A DNA stretch of 57,258 nt from an uncultured Anaerolinea sp. Its GTDB lineage: Bacteria > Chloroflexota > Anaerolineae > Anaerolineales > Anaerolineaceae. Location: positions 1 to 57,258 of the forward strand of contig CAZRHZ010000001.1 of assembly GCA_964599995.1 (NCBI GenBank), in the 5' to 3' direction. How positions within the stretch are numbered: the stretch's first letter is position 1; each line of letters opens with the position of its first letter. Positions 1 to 9,836 of the stretch are shown here, piece by piece. The position numbers were made by a program, and so were the translations under genes. Under the pieces are notes generated by a model, which had not been told where the DNA came from, ran no database searches, and saw only the letters and a program-made list of their open reading frames with translations.

Positions 1-3000
1 CTGCCAGATCGTGGAGGTGGAGGTCTTCCAGCGCGTGGTTACGGCCGGGATCAGCCAGACCAAGGCAGCAGCAGAGCTCAAACCAAAGAAGGTCCAGGCC
101 TGGTAGTAAAATTTAAAGACCGTGTTCATACGCCCGATGTCACCCACCAAGACAAATAACTCGACAAACAAGGTCAACACAAGGGCGGTTCCTGTCATGA
201 ACAAGATCATGCGCTTGGCATCTGATTGACCGGGTCTGAAGATCAAGATCACCGCCCAGGCTCCCAAAATCCCCACCAGCCAACCGATTTGCACACCCAA
301 GACTGTCAGCAGGATCAGAAGCACCCCAAACAACACCGCCAGACCCTGCAGGTAACCCGCATAGGGCTGCAGTTTTTTCAGAGAGGAGGCTGGTGTTGAA
401 GCCAGCCATTCATGGGTTTCCCAAACAAACCAGGTGATCAAGAGGAAGAGCTGTACCCCCCAATGCACAAGGTAAGAGGAGAGCGGAGAATGACTTGAAG
501 TCCACAGACTGATACTGCCGTAGGCTTGCGCGTAATTCTCGGAGAATGGCAAATACAACAAGACTGTCAGCCCCACCAGCAGAACGATCACTCCAATGGC
601 GTAGATCGCCTTGCGCAGCCAGAACGGACGATCCGCCAGGAATTTCTCGGGAACTTGAGCATATCGCAGGATCGAATAGAGGATGAGCAGACTCGAAAGA
701 AGCAGGTAGGTCGGATAGTCCCAGGTGTTGGTCACTTTAAGCATGCCAATGGCGATGCCACCGAACAGAATGGTGATGACAAAGTTCACCCAGCGCTTGA
801 AGCCTGCATCAGACTTCAGTTCCCATTTGCTCATCAAGATGCCCAGCCCCCAGCCGATCACCAGAATGGTGATCGAAAGATCGATTAAATGCGCGTGCAG
901 GTCAGCATAAGTAAAGGTAAAGAACGGGAATTCAGTGATGGCCTCACCGGGCAGCGCCCTGGAGGGAATCCAGTACCAATCTCCATAACCATAAGGGAGT
1001 TTGACACCGGTAAAGAATTTGCCAATTCCCTGGAAAAACCAGATGAACCGGTCGGTGAATTTGGCGTTGTCGATCACTCCACCTGGAGCAGCAAGGCGCT
1101 GTATGCCCTGCCAGATCATGCGCACGGTTCCAAGATTACCCATGATCAGCACGGTGAATACTGAGATCAAACCAGCCACATTGCGGCGCAGAAGGTTGGC
1201 CTTTTTGCCGGCTTCTTCCTCTTCAAGGGTTGGAATTCGGGCAAAAAGGTTCCAGCCAATGCTGTATGCGCCCATGCCTGTGAACGCGAACAAGGTCGGC
1301 AGAATCAGGTTGTACGCCAGGCCGGGAAGAATACCCAGGAACTTGACCGGAACCCCCACCAAGACAAACCCGAAATAGTAGTAGTTGATGTAGCCGCCAG
1401 CGTACCAGGGATCGTAAGGTGGGAAGACGGTGCTCTTCAAAACGGCTGTGAAATACGAGAGATCCATGGGTTTCTCGCCGCCCTTCCAGGCGTGCCACAG
1501 ATCTGGATTGCCGTAGCGAATGCCCAGACTGATCAAGAAGAGGAAAAGGGTGAAGACCTCAACCGCAAGAAAATAAGTCTTTTTTGTTTTTATCTCTTCC
1601 AGCAAGGCTTGCCGCTGCCTGAAAGCCAGGAAGCCGCTGATGACTGTCAGAATGAGAAGGACAACACCGATGGTCAGGCGTGAAAAAGTAAAGAAAGTGG
1701 AACCCGCCAACCAGGTGAGATAGGCGGTCAAGACCAATCCGGCCAAACGACTGAATGGATAGCCATGGTCTGGCAAACCGTGAAAAATAACACGCACGAT
1801 GGGGTACGCGATCCAGCCCAGCAGGGTGATGGCGAGATACCAGACCACCACTGCCAGCCAGGGTTTGGTGTTCAAGGGTGAATCCGCAGGGAAAAGCTCG
1901 CTCCAGGTGCCACCTGATTGCTGAATTTGGGCTTCCTCTTTTCCAAGCAGGAGGTTGCCATTAAAGCGGCTGGCTTGCCTTGGTGACAAATGTACCGCGG
2001 AAGTGATATCCACCTGATCGAGAACCGCGCGCATTTTTGCAGGATCGTAATCAGCGGTTTTTTCAAAGATCAACACCTTGGGATGATCATAGACCGTAAA
2101 AGCCTCTTCTGATGATTGGTCATTGATCTCAATTCCAAAAATGGTGGGGTTGGATTGGAAGACCGCAACCAATTTGAATCCGAGTTTCTCGTTGAACATG
2201 CCCGGTTTAGCCACCTGATAACACCACAAGATGTCTTTATCTTCGGGGCAGCCGATCATGGCGCGATAATACGCGGAGGTCAGTGGGTAACGTTCAGGGA
2301 CGCGGGTAATGGTGCCCCACTGCCGGTTGGAACTGATAAAGATCACATCCGATTGATCGAGATTATTGTAAAGTGAATCCTTCTTGGATTGGGTGTCATC
2401 AAAGTAGGCTTCGAGATTCTGGTTGTTGCCAAACAGGCCGGTTGTGTAATCAAAAACGTTGTACCCATACATCGGCAGGGGCAGCGCGTCATCCCAGGTG
2501 GACTCAACAGCAGTGATATCGTTGTAGATCGCGAGCGCGCCCTCACCGCTTGATAACGATAACTTCAGAGAATACATGATTCCATTGGACAAAACAAGGG
2601 GCCGGTCAAACGTGATCCAGGCTTCTTCTCCACGCGGGTCATTCATTGCGGTAAAACTGCTCGAAAGCCTGCCTGTGGCAAGCACCTGATCTGGCAAGTT
2701 TGGATCTGTGATCGTGACGGTCAATTCCTGATTCGTACCGAGGTTAAGTAAATCCACGACCCGGTTCAACCGAATCTGAGAGACTGTACCCGCTGCCTGT
2801 GGCATAAAAACAAACTGGAAGGGTGAGGAAGATGTAAGGCGATATGCAGGTGGTGGCATGTATTGGTGGGTTTCGGCTGCGCCATCAGAATAGGTCAGCC
2901 AGAGGCTGTCATCCAATTTCAGGTTGATGTCAGGCTCGATCACTGTAATTTCCAATTCGTATTTCTTTCCCTCAGTTAATAGAATTGGAGGATTGAAGAG

Positions 3001-4779
3001 CATGGTCAAGGCATCACCACGCGCGTCAGACATCGGTAGAAACGTGGATTGAACCATACTCGTTGATACGACACTGTTTTCAGTGAGCGATGGGTCGCGC
3101 AAGTTCACAACAAAAGAAATCACTTCTGGCGTTGTGGTCAAGTTGGGGTTGTACTGGGTATTGAAGAGGACATGCTCGAAAGTGATCGAAGTCATCGTTC
3201 CAGTTGAATCTGCGGTAAAACCATAGGTGAATGGTTGCGCGGAACTCACCATCACGGAGTTTTGGTAAGAAAACAACTGCTTGAGTTGCGTTCCTTCTTC
3301 TGTGGCGATAGGCATCTCAATGGCACTGGAGATATTCTCATAAATCCACTGGCTGGCTGCAACACGGGTGACCGGACGGGTATAGATGCTGGTGAAGGCA
3401 GCAGCCCAAGCGGCTGTGCCAACTATGGTCACAATTGCGGCTGCAACAGCCAAAAAGCGGCGCCAATTAAAGTGGATGGAATTAATTTTCCGAATAGCAC
3501 CTGCGCTGCTTTCCCATAATTTAAAGATCGTCCAGGCGGCAATCAAAGCTAACGCAGGGTAAATAGGCAACAGGTAACGCATGCTGCGCACATGGCTGAT
3601 CGAAAGGGTTACCAGGATGTACCCCGTCCATCCCCACATAAGGAGATGTTTTTGCCAGTCGCCTTTGATCATGCGCCAGGCCATCCAAATGAAACCAAAG
3701 AGGCTTAGAACTCCCAACGAGAGCCCCAATCCCCATAGGACGAGGTTCTGTGGAGCGAATGCGAGTGAACGACGCGCCCACTGCAGCGCGTAAGGAACAT
3801 CCACTTCGCCTTTACTGATAGTGGCCAATTCTTTCAGACTGGCAATCCAGCCTGGATTGATCTTAATGCCAAAGAAACCTGGTCCAAGAAAAGCATAAGG
3901 TTGAAAGACTCTGAAAGCGATGACGGCCAACGCACCAGCCACCACCAGATTACGCAAGATAAAATTGACTTCGCTGCCCCGAGTTTCTTTAGGCTGCTTG
4001 TAATAATAAATTATGGCTGAAATAGGAAGCAGAAAAACAACTGGATATAGACTGACCTTGGAAGCCAGCGCCATCCCAGCCAAGATGCCAAATATGGCAT
4101 AGGTGCCAATGAGGTGGCTTTCGGTCAGCATTGGTTTCCACGCGGGCACTTTTGTGATTTGCGGTTCATTCTCCGATTTAGCAGGTCTGAAGTCCGACAT
4201 CATAATGCAGACCCCGGCGTAGATCGCCGCGTATGCGAAAAAGTTGGCCATCGTGTCAACGGTAAAATAATGCGACAATTGGATCTGAAGCACCGACATG
4301 GCAGAGAACAAGGCAGCCAGAAGTCCAAGTTTGGCGTTCTTGTACAATTTTCGGCCGATCAAAAAAATCAAAACCACGCTGCCCAGGTCAAAGACACCTG
4401 AAACAGCGCGGCCAACCAGAAAGATCTGGCCATATCCGGTTTTTCCAAACAATTCACCGACATATCGAACGATGAAAAGGGGAAGTGTGCCATACACGTA
4501 GAAAGTGTAGCCGTGGTTATTGGGATTTAACGAGGAGGTTGAGGTGTCAAAATATTCCTTCAAGCTCTCGACAGGATTTATTGCGCTTTCCACCATGGTC
4601 AAGAAGCGTTCATCCGGGTGTAAATGATAATCACCGTCCCAATTCAATCCCGTAAACCGAAACACAGCTCCAATCAGCAAGATCAGAACGATCAACACAT
4701 CCCAGATCCAGGGTAAATTGATCCTTCGTCGGTTAGTCTTGTTCCGGTTGTTGTTGGCTGAATCGGTCAAAGTGGTCAC
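1..4779 (-). CDS. Giant polytopic membrane protein, DUF2298 / Chlor_Arch_YYY family (GT-C-like putative glycosyltransferase); 3' end lies beyond the window
   Basis: Absent from the ORF track because no stop codon lies in the window. Hand translation of the minus strand from GTG 4779-4777 gives 1593 sense codons down to nt 1. GGAG lies at 4793-4790 and an in-frame TAG at 4788-4786. N-terminus VTTLTDSANNNRNKTNRRRINLPWIWDVLIVLILLIGAVFRFTGLNWDGDYHLHPDERFLTMV is a TM helix followed by a loop DE motif (codons 4614-4609). A soluble middle region follows. The C-terminal multi-TM block contains GGYINYYYFGFVLVG (YYY codons 1383-1375), the YYYxG signature of this family. Confidence 0.75.
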   Translation of the reverse strand, partial: MTTLTDSANNNRNKTNRRRINLPWIWDVLIVLILLIGAVFRFTGLNWDGDYHLHPDERFLTMVESAINPVESLKEYFDTSTSSLNPNNHGYTFYVYGTLPLFIVRYVGELFGKTGYGQIFLVGRAVSGVFDLGSVVLIFLIGRKLYKNAKLGLLAALFSAMSVLQIQLSHYFTVDTMANFFAYAAIYAGVCIMMSDFRPAKSENEPQITKVPAWKPMLTESHLIGTYAIFGILAGMALASKVSLYPVVFLLPISAIIYYYKQPKETRGSEVNFILRNLVVAGALAVIAFRVFQPYAFLGPGFFGIKINPGWIASLKELATISKGEVDVPYALQWARRSLAFAPQNLVLWGLGLSLGVLSLFGFIWMAWRMIKGDWQKHLLMWGWTGYILVTLSISHVRSMRYLLPIYPALALIAAWTIFKLWESSAGAIRKINSIHFNWRRFLAVAAAIVTIVGTAAWAAAFTSIYTRPVTRVAASQWIYENISSAIEMPIATEEGTQLKQLFSYQNSVMVSSAQPFTYGFTADSTGTMTSITFEHVLFNTQYNPNLTTTPEVISFVVNLRDPSLTENSVVSTSMVQSTFLPMSDARGDALTMLFNPPILLTEGKKYELEITVIEPDINLKLDDSLWLTYSDGAAETHQYMPPPAYRLTSSSPFQFVFMPQAAGTVSQIRLNRVVDLLNLGTNQELTVTITDPNLPDQVLATGRLSSSFTAMNDPRGEEAWITFDRPLVLSNGIMYSLKLSLSSGEGALAIYNDITAVESTWDDALPLPMYGYNVFDYTTGLFGNNQNLEAYFDDTQSKKDSLYNNLDQSDVIFISSNRQWGTITRVPERYPLTSAYYRAMIGCPEDKDILWCYQVAKPGMFNEKLGFKLVAVFQSNPTIFGIEINDQSSEEAFTVYDHPKVLIFEKTADYDPAKMRAVLDQVDITSAVHLSPRQASRFNGNLLLGKEEAQIQQSGGTWSELFPADSPLNTKPWLAVVVWYLAITLLGWIAYPIVRVIFHGLPDHGYPFSRLAGLVLTAYLTWLAGSTFFTFSRLTIGVVLLILTVISGFLAFRQRQALLEEIKTKKTYFLAVEVFTLFLFLISLGIRYGNPDLWHAWKGGEKPMDLSYFTAVLKSTVFPPYDPWYAGGYINYYYFGFVLVGVPVKFLGILPGLAYNLILPTLFAFTGMGAYSIGWNLFARIPTLEEEEAGKKANLLRRNVAGLISVFTVLIMGNLGTVRMIWQGIQRLAAPGGVIDNAKFTDRFIWFFQGIGKFFTGVKLPYGYGDWYWIPSRALPGEAITEFPFFTFTYADLHAHLIDLSITILVIGWGLGILMSKWELKSDAGFKRWVNFVITILFGGIAIGMLKVTNTWDYPTYLLLSSLLILYSILRYAQVPEKFLADRPFWLRKAIYAIGVIVLLVGLTVLLYLPFSENYAQAYGSISLWTSSHSPLSSYLVHWGVQLFLLITWFVWETHEWLASTPASSLKKLQPYAGYLQGLAVLFGVLLILLTVLGVQIGWLVGILGAWAVILIFRPGQSDAKRMILFMTGTALVLTLFVELFVLVGDIGRMNTVFKFYYQAWTFFGLSSAAALVWLIPAVTTRWKTSTSTIWQ

Positions 4780-4797
4780 GGTTGTCTAACTCCGGTG

Positions 4798-5958
4798 TTA
4801 TTTGAGTGATTGTTTGATTTCTGCGAATAAATTTTCATACGCTGAGGCAATATCATCGGGTTGATAACGCAAAAATTCTTCTGGATCGGATTTCTTGCCA
4901 TGCTTTTCTTTGAGAACTTCGATCATGCTTTTTGCCATCGCAAATGAATCGCCGATCGGGAAAATGGCGCCCATTTGATGGATCTTTACGGGCTGCCTGA
5001 CCCCTGGCAAGCTGGAGGTAACGCACGGGATGCCGTTCATCATGGCTTCGATCTGAACCAAACCGAACGCCTCGGTGGCATTCAGGCTGGGAACCGTGAA
5101 TACATCAAGGTTCGGATAGAATTTGGCCATGTTCTCGGGATCCAGTTCACCCAGGAATTTCCAATTTCCGCTGGCCTGATATTTCTCGATTTCGGGTCGC
5201 AAGCGTTCGAAATAAGATTCCTCACCCATCACATTCTTGTACGTTCCCACAAATTGCACCAATGCGTTGGGGAATTCTTTCAGAATGGCCGGCATCGCGC
5301 GCAAGAGGATCTCAACCCCTTTTTCAGAAGCAAAACGAGCGGCCATACCAATTACAGGACGCTGATCCTCAGGATTATGCTGCTGCGCGAACTCCCGAAT
5401 CGCCTCTTTTGAAACCGTAGGCAAAACCACAGGTGGAGAAATCACTTTCAGCTTTGAAAGGTATTTTCGTAAGTAGGGTGAGTTTTCAGCGTAATCTTGC
5501 GTGTACGTGACAATGCGATGAGTGAAAATGGCGGTCAAGCGGTTCATCAAGGTGACACCCAAATTCGCCACGCGATTGAATAGACCTGGGGGCAAATGCA
5601 AGTCGCAGTGATAGGTGATCACGGTGGGTTTCTTGAGAAGTCGGCCCCTGAATGAAATGCCAGCCGCGTCAAATTGAGGCAGGTGAAGTTGGATCACTTC
5701 CGTTTCTGAGACCAACCGGTTGGCAATTAAGCCAAAAGAGGGCATGATAACCCCCTTGCTTAAATGGAACCAGACCGGAACACGAACGATCCTGACCCCA
5801 TCCTTGACCTCTTCAAGGGGTAATTCCTTTTTAAACTGTGAAGTTAGAACGGTAACCTCGTTCCCCCTGGCAGCAAACGCTCTGGCCAGCCGTTCGGCAT
5901 AAATGGTCAGCCCGCTAATGTGAGGCCGATAATAAGTCAAAACAATCAGAATTTTCAT
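4798..5958 (-). CDS. Glycosyltransferase family 4 (GT-B fold)
   Basis: 386 aa. N-terminus MKILIVLTYYRPHISGLTIYAERLA and the E-x7-E region EAFGLVQIEAMMNGIPCV are typical of GT4 enzymes. The gene starts 3 nt after the epimerase stop and ends 18 nt before the DUF2298 start. Confidence 0.85.
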   Translation of the reverse strand: MKILIVLTYYRPHISGLTIYAERLARAFAARGNEVTVLTSQFKKELPLEEVKDGVRIVRVPVWFHLSKGVIMPSFGLIANRLVSETEVIQLHLPQFDAAGISFRGRLLKKPTVITYHCDLHLPPGLFNRVANLGVTLMNRLTAIFTHRIVTYTQDYAENSPYLRKYLSKLKVISPPVVLPTVSKEAIREFAQQHNPEDQRPVIGMAARFASEKGVEILLRAMPAILKEFPNALVQFVGTYKNVMGEESYFERLRPEIEKYQASGNWKFLGELDPENMAKFYPNLDVFTVPSLNATEAFGLVQIEAMMNGIPCVTSSLPGVRQPVKIHQMGAIFPIGDSFAMAKSMIEVLKEKHGKKSDPEEFLRYQPDDIASAYENLFAEIKQSLK

Positions 5959-5961
5959 AGA

Positions 5962-6987
5962 TCAGAACAGGTCTTTATTCTCTTTGACCCAATTAAATAA
6001 CCGGGTGATGCCTTCTTCCACATTCACCTTGGGAGACCAATTCAATATCTCCTTGGCCTTCCGAATGTCAGAAATGAAAACTGGCTGATCGCCGGGCCGC
6101 CAATCTCCTACCCCGGTCTTGATCTCTTTTCCAAGCAGTTTTTCGAGGATCGGTTTGAACTCAACCCAAATGGAAATGGTATTGCTGCGTCCACCACCCA
6201 TGTTGAAAACCTGACCGCCGATCTTTGGCAGTCTGGAAAAAGCCGCATCATAGCCATCCAGCAGATCTTCCACGAAGAGAAGATCCCTGACCTGCTTGCC
6301 ATCCCCGTAAATTGAAATGGGCCTTCCGGTAATGGCGGCGATCACGAACCACGCCACCCAACCTTGATCCTCCACGCCAAACTGGCGCATGCCGTAAATA
6401 CAAGACTGCCTGAACACGACAGTCGGAAGTTGATAAATGCGGAAGTAATCCCGAACGTATTGATCACCGCAGCCTTTTGAACAACCATAAGGAGAATGGA
6501 AATCGAGCAACTGCTCTTCTGAAGCACCTTCAGGCAAATCCGCGTAATCGTAGCGGGTCGTTTTTTCGACTACGCGCACATTCTCCATGCCGCCATAGAC
6601 CTTGTTGGTGGATGCAAAAATAAAGGCGGGCTGGTTACCTGAAACGCGCGCCGCTTCAAGCGTATTGAAAGTACCCTGCGCATTGATCTCAAAATCATTG
6701 CGAGGTTCTGTGACTGAAGTGGTAACCGCCACCTGAGCTGCCAGATGCAAGATGCGCGTGGCATTTTGAGCGGCCTTTTTAATGGCCTCAGCGTCTCTTA
6801 CGTCCCCCACCACCAGTTGGAATGAACCTTTACCGTGGTTTTTTTCAAGCCAATCCAGGTTCCTTTTTGCTCCCGCCCTGGATAAATTGTCAAATATGAG
6901 AATCTTCTCTCCGCGAGCCAGACAACGCGCGGCATAATTCGAGCCGATGAAACCTGCTCCGCCTGTGATCAATGTTAGTTCACTCAT
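5962..6987 (-). CDS. NAD-dependent sugar-nucleotide epimerase/dehydratase (extended SDR, CDP-paratose 2-epimerase-like)
   Basis: 341 aa. It has the Rossmann motif ITGGAGFIGSN and the catalytic YGCSK (YxxxK). The start overlaps the upstream gene by 4 nt (ATGA). Confidence 0.85.
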   Translation of the reverse strand: MSELTLITGGAGFIGSNYAARCLARGEKILIFDNLSRAGAKRNLDWLEKNHGKGSFQLVVGDVRDAEAIKKAAQNATRILHLAAQVAVTTSVTEPRNDFEINAQGTFNTLEAARVSGNQPAFIFASTNKVYGGMENVRVVEKTTRYDYADLPEGASEEQLLDFHSPYGCSKGCGDQYVRDYFRIYQLPTVVFRQSCIYGMRQFGVEDQGWVAWFVIAAITGRPISIYGDGKQVRDLLFVEDLLDGYDAAFSRLPKIGGQVFNMGGGRSNTISIWVEFKPILEKLLGKEIKTGVGDWRPGDQPVFISDIRKAKEILNWSPKVNVEEGITRLFNWVKENKDLF

Positions 6988-8003
6988 TTTCCCTCTTGTC
7001 CTTTCCCGGCTGCAACCGAGTCAAGTGAAAACATCTGTGAAAAGCTCAAACCTTCCCGCACCAACCCCCAAATTCCAAAAATTACTGATACACAAAATTG
7101 GATCACGTGAAAAATGATGGCATAACCTAATGCCGTACCACTTTGGGCACCCAGAATCACCAGGGCTCCCACAAAAGCAGCCTCATACACTCCAAGAGCG
7201 GAAGGCGCTGAAGGAATGGCAACCCCCAAGGCCAGGAAACCTGAAACGAATGCACCCCACCAAAAAGGCGACTCTGGAAGGACTGCCACCACCCCGGCGT
7301 AATAAACCGATGTCCAGATCACCCAACAGATAGCGATCCATAACAAACTCAAGAAAAATTGAGATGGTTTGGCAAGCAGTGAAAAGCCCTCAATAATATT
7401 TCTGGCTTTGGGAAGGATGAAATCCCAAAACTTCGAGGGTTTTTTAATCTTGTCCAGCCAACCAAGGACTTTGACCTGATTTCGAGCCATGAGGAAAAGC
7501 AGGAATAATATCGCGATCACCAGGATCAAGGCAACGGTGGCAATCGGCTTGACCCAATCCATGCCGATCAAATAAGGAAGCGTCGCAACCACAAGACCTG
7601 CGGCAAAAACGATATCAAACGCCCTCTCGATCACAATTGTGGAGAGAACATAAAAAGTCCCTTTTCCAGTATTGCGCCCGACAAAATAGGACCTGCCAAA
7701 CTCACCGGCACGAAAAGGCAGCACGTTATTGAGAAAATACCCTTCGCTAACGCCAAAAAAGGCTTGTGAAAAATTCACCTGAGATCCTAAAATCACTTGC
7801 CAGGCTTTGCCACGCGCGACCAAACCTAAAACATCAATTGCAAAAACCAAGAGTATAAAACCGGGCTTTACTGTGGCAAAGGCGGTTTTGAGATCCTCGA
7901 TTTTGGCGAATTTAAAGACGGCATAGATGGCAATCAGGCTGATCAATACACCTGGCAGCCAACGTAGCACCTGCTTCCACTTCTTCTTTGGTGGTTGCAT
8001 CAT
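6984..8003 (-). CDS. UPF0104 / lysylphosphatidylglycerol-synthase-TM-type 'flippase-like' integral membrane protein
   Basis: 339 aa, highly hydrophobic with about 8 TM segments and a basic N-terminus [25 protein letters not shown]. The family call rests on overall resemblance only. The start overlaps the lepA stop (ATGA). Confidence 0.55.
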   Translation of the reverse strand: MMQPPKKKWKQVLRWLPGVLISLIAIYAVFKFAKIEDLKTAFATVKPGFILLVFAIDVLGLVARGKAWQVILGSQVNFSQAFFGVSEGYFLNNVLPFRAGEFGRSYFVGRNTGKGTFYVLSTIVIERAFDIVFAAGLVVATLPYLIGMDWVKPIATVALILVIAILFLLFLMARNQVKVLGWLDKIKKPSKFWDFILPKARNIIEGFSLLAKPSQFFLSLLWIAICWVIWTSVYYAGVVAVLPESPFWWGAFVSGFLALGVAIPSAPSALGVYEAAFVGALVILGAQSGTALGYAIIFHVIQFCVSVIFGIWGLVREGLSFSQMFSLDSVAAGKGQEGK

Positions 8004-9799
8004 TCGTCACCCAAGCGAAGCACGGCCATGAAGGCTTCCTGCGGGATTTCGACATTCCCGACCATCTTCATACGGCGTTTGCCCTTCTTTTGTTTTTCCA
8101 GCAGTTTCTTCTTGCGCGTAATATCGCCACCATAACATTTGGCAAGCACGTCTTTGCGCATGGCTTTAACATTGGCGCGCGAGATGACCCTGCCGCTGGC
8201 GGAAGCCTGGATCGCCACATCAAACAACTGGCGCGGGATGAGCGCTTTTAATTTGGTCACCAGTGCCTGTCCCTTGTGGTAAGCGTCTTCTTTGTGGACA
8301 ATGGCAGCCAGCGCGTCCACGGGCTCGTCATCCACCAGAATCTCGAGCTTAACCAGGCTGCCTGGTCGGTAATCCACAAAGTGGTAATCCATTGAAGCGT
8401 AACCACGCGTTCGGGATTTCAAGTCATCAAAGAAATCCACGATGATCTCTGATAGAGGGATGTCGTAATTAAGCTGCACCCTTTTAGGCGCGGGATAATC
8501 CTGGCTCAGGAAGGTGCCGCGGCGGTTGGTTACCAGATCCATGATCGTACCGTAAAATTCGGTCGGTGTGATCACTTCCAAGCGCATCCAGGGTTCCCTG
8601 ATCTCTGTAATGGAGTTCTCATCCGGCAGTTTCGCAGGAGACGAGATTTTTAACATCTCACCGGTACGCATCTCGACTTCATATTCAACAGAGGGCGCAG
8701 TAACCACAATATCCAGGTCGTACTCACGCTCAATGCGTTCCTGAATGATCTCCATGTGGAACAACCCCAAAAAACCGCAGCGGAAGCCAAAATTCAAAGC
8801 CTGTGAGGTTTCAGGGTCATAGACCAAAGAGGCGTCATTCAATTGTAGTTTTTCAAGGGCGTCTTTTAATTCAGAATAATCTTCACCCTCGACCGGATAA
8901 ATACCCGCAAAAACCATTGGTTTGGGATGGAGGTAACCCGGCAAGGGTTCAGCCGCAGGCTGGCTGGTCAAGGTAAAGGTGTCGCCGACCCGGCATTCTT
9001 TGACGGTTTTGAGACCTGTCGCCACGTAACCGACATCCCCTGCCTTGAGTTCAGGAATGGGCGTCATACCCGGTGAGAAGACCCCAATTTCAACGGGTTT
9101 CAGATCGGTACCGTTTGCCATCAGATGCAACGTGCTCGTAGCACCAATGGTCCCTTGAATAACACGGATATAGGCGATCACGCCTTTGTAAGAGTCATAA
9201 TGAGAGTCAAAGATCAACGCTTGCAGGTTCGCAGCAGGATCGCCCTGAGGTGGTGGGACCTTCTCGACGATGGCATCCAATATCTTGTCAATATTGATGC
9301 CTTCCTTGGCAGACACCCGCACGATGGAATCAGCGGGAACGCCCATGAGCGCTTCGATTTCCTTGGCCACCTCATCCGGCTGCGCGGAAGCCAGGTCGAT
9401 TTTGTTGATCACAGGGATGATCGTCAGGTTGGCGTCCAAGGCGAGATAAAGATTGGCCAGTGTTTGCGCCTCAATGCCCTGTGTGGCATCCACGACCAAC
9501 AAAGCTCCCTCGCAGGCATAAAGAGCACGGCTGACCTCGTAGTTGAAATCCACATGTCCTGGGGTATCGATCAGGTTGAGTTCGTATTCCTGCCCCTGAT
9601 ATGGGTATTTCATCCTGACCGCAGAAGCCTTGATGGTCACGCCCTTTTCTCGTTCCAGATCCATCGAATCGAGAACCTGCTCGACCATTTCACGGTCAGA
9701 TACCGTACCGGTAAGCTGCAGCATGCGGTCGGCCAAGGTAGACTTGCCATGGTCAACATGAGCGATAATACAAAAATTTCGAATGGTATTTGCGGACAT
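8000..9799 (-). CDS. lepA: Elongation factor 4 (LepA)
   Basis: 599 aa. It has the GTPase motifs [17 protein letters not shown] and NKID and a LepA-type C-terminal domain. Confidence 0.97.
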   Translation of the reverse strand: MSANTIRNFCIIAHVDHGKSTLADRMLQLTGTVSDREMVEQVLDSMDLEREKGVTIKASAVRMKYPYQGQEYELNLIDTPGHVDFNYEVSRALYACEGALLVVDATQGIEAQTLANLYLALDANLTIIPVINKIDLASAQPDEVAKEIEALMGVPADSIVRVSAKEGINIDKILDAIVEKVPPPQGDPAANLQALIFDSHYDSYKGVIAYIRVIQGTIGATSTLHLMANGTDLKPVEIGVFSPGMTPIPELKAGDVGYVATGLKTVKECRVGDTFTLTSQPAAEPLPGYLHPKPMVFAGIYPVEGEDYSELKDALEKLQLNDASLVYDPETSQALNFGFRCGFLGLFHMEIIQERIEREYDLDIVVTAPSVEYEVEMRTGEMLKISSPAKLPDENSITEIREPWMRLEVITPTEFYGTIMDLVTNRRGTFLSQDYPAPKRVQLNYDIPLSEIIVDFFDDLKSRTRGYASMDYHFVDYRPGSLVKLEILVDDEPVDALAAIVHKEDAYHKGQALVTKLKALIPRQLFDVAIQASASGRVISRANVKAMRKDVLAKCYGGDITRKKKLLEKQKKGKRRMKMVGNVEIPQEAFMAVLRLGDE

Positions 9800-9836
9800 A
9801 ATCGGAGTTTAGTATACCTTAATAGTACGAGCTGCT

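Noticed and set aside
1-4797. Interpreting the region as a non-coding desert or a decayed pseudogene because the track shows only short ORFs.
   Set aside because: One minus-strand frame is open for all 1593 codons and encodes coherent TM and soluble domains with family motifs. The gap is an artefact of the ORF caller requiring an in-window stop.
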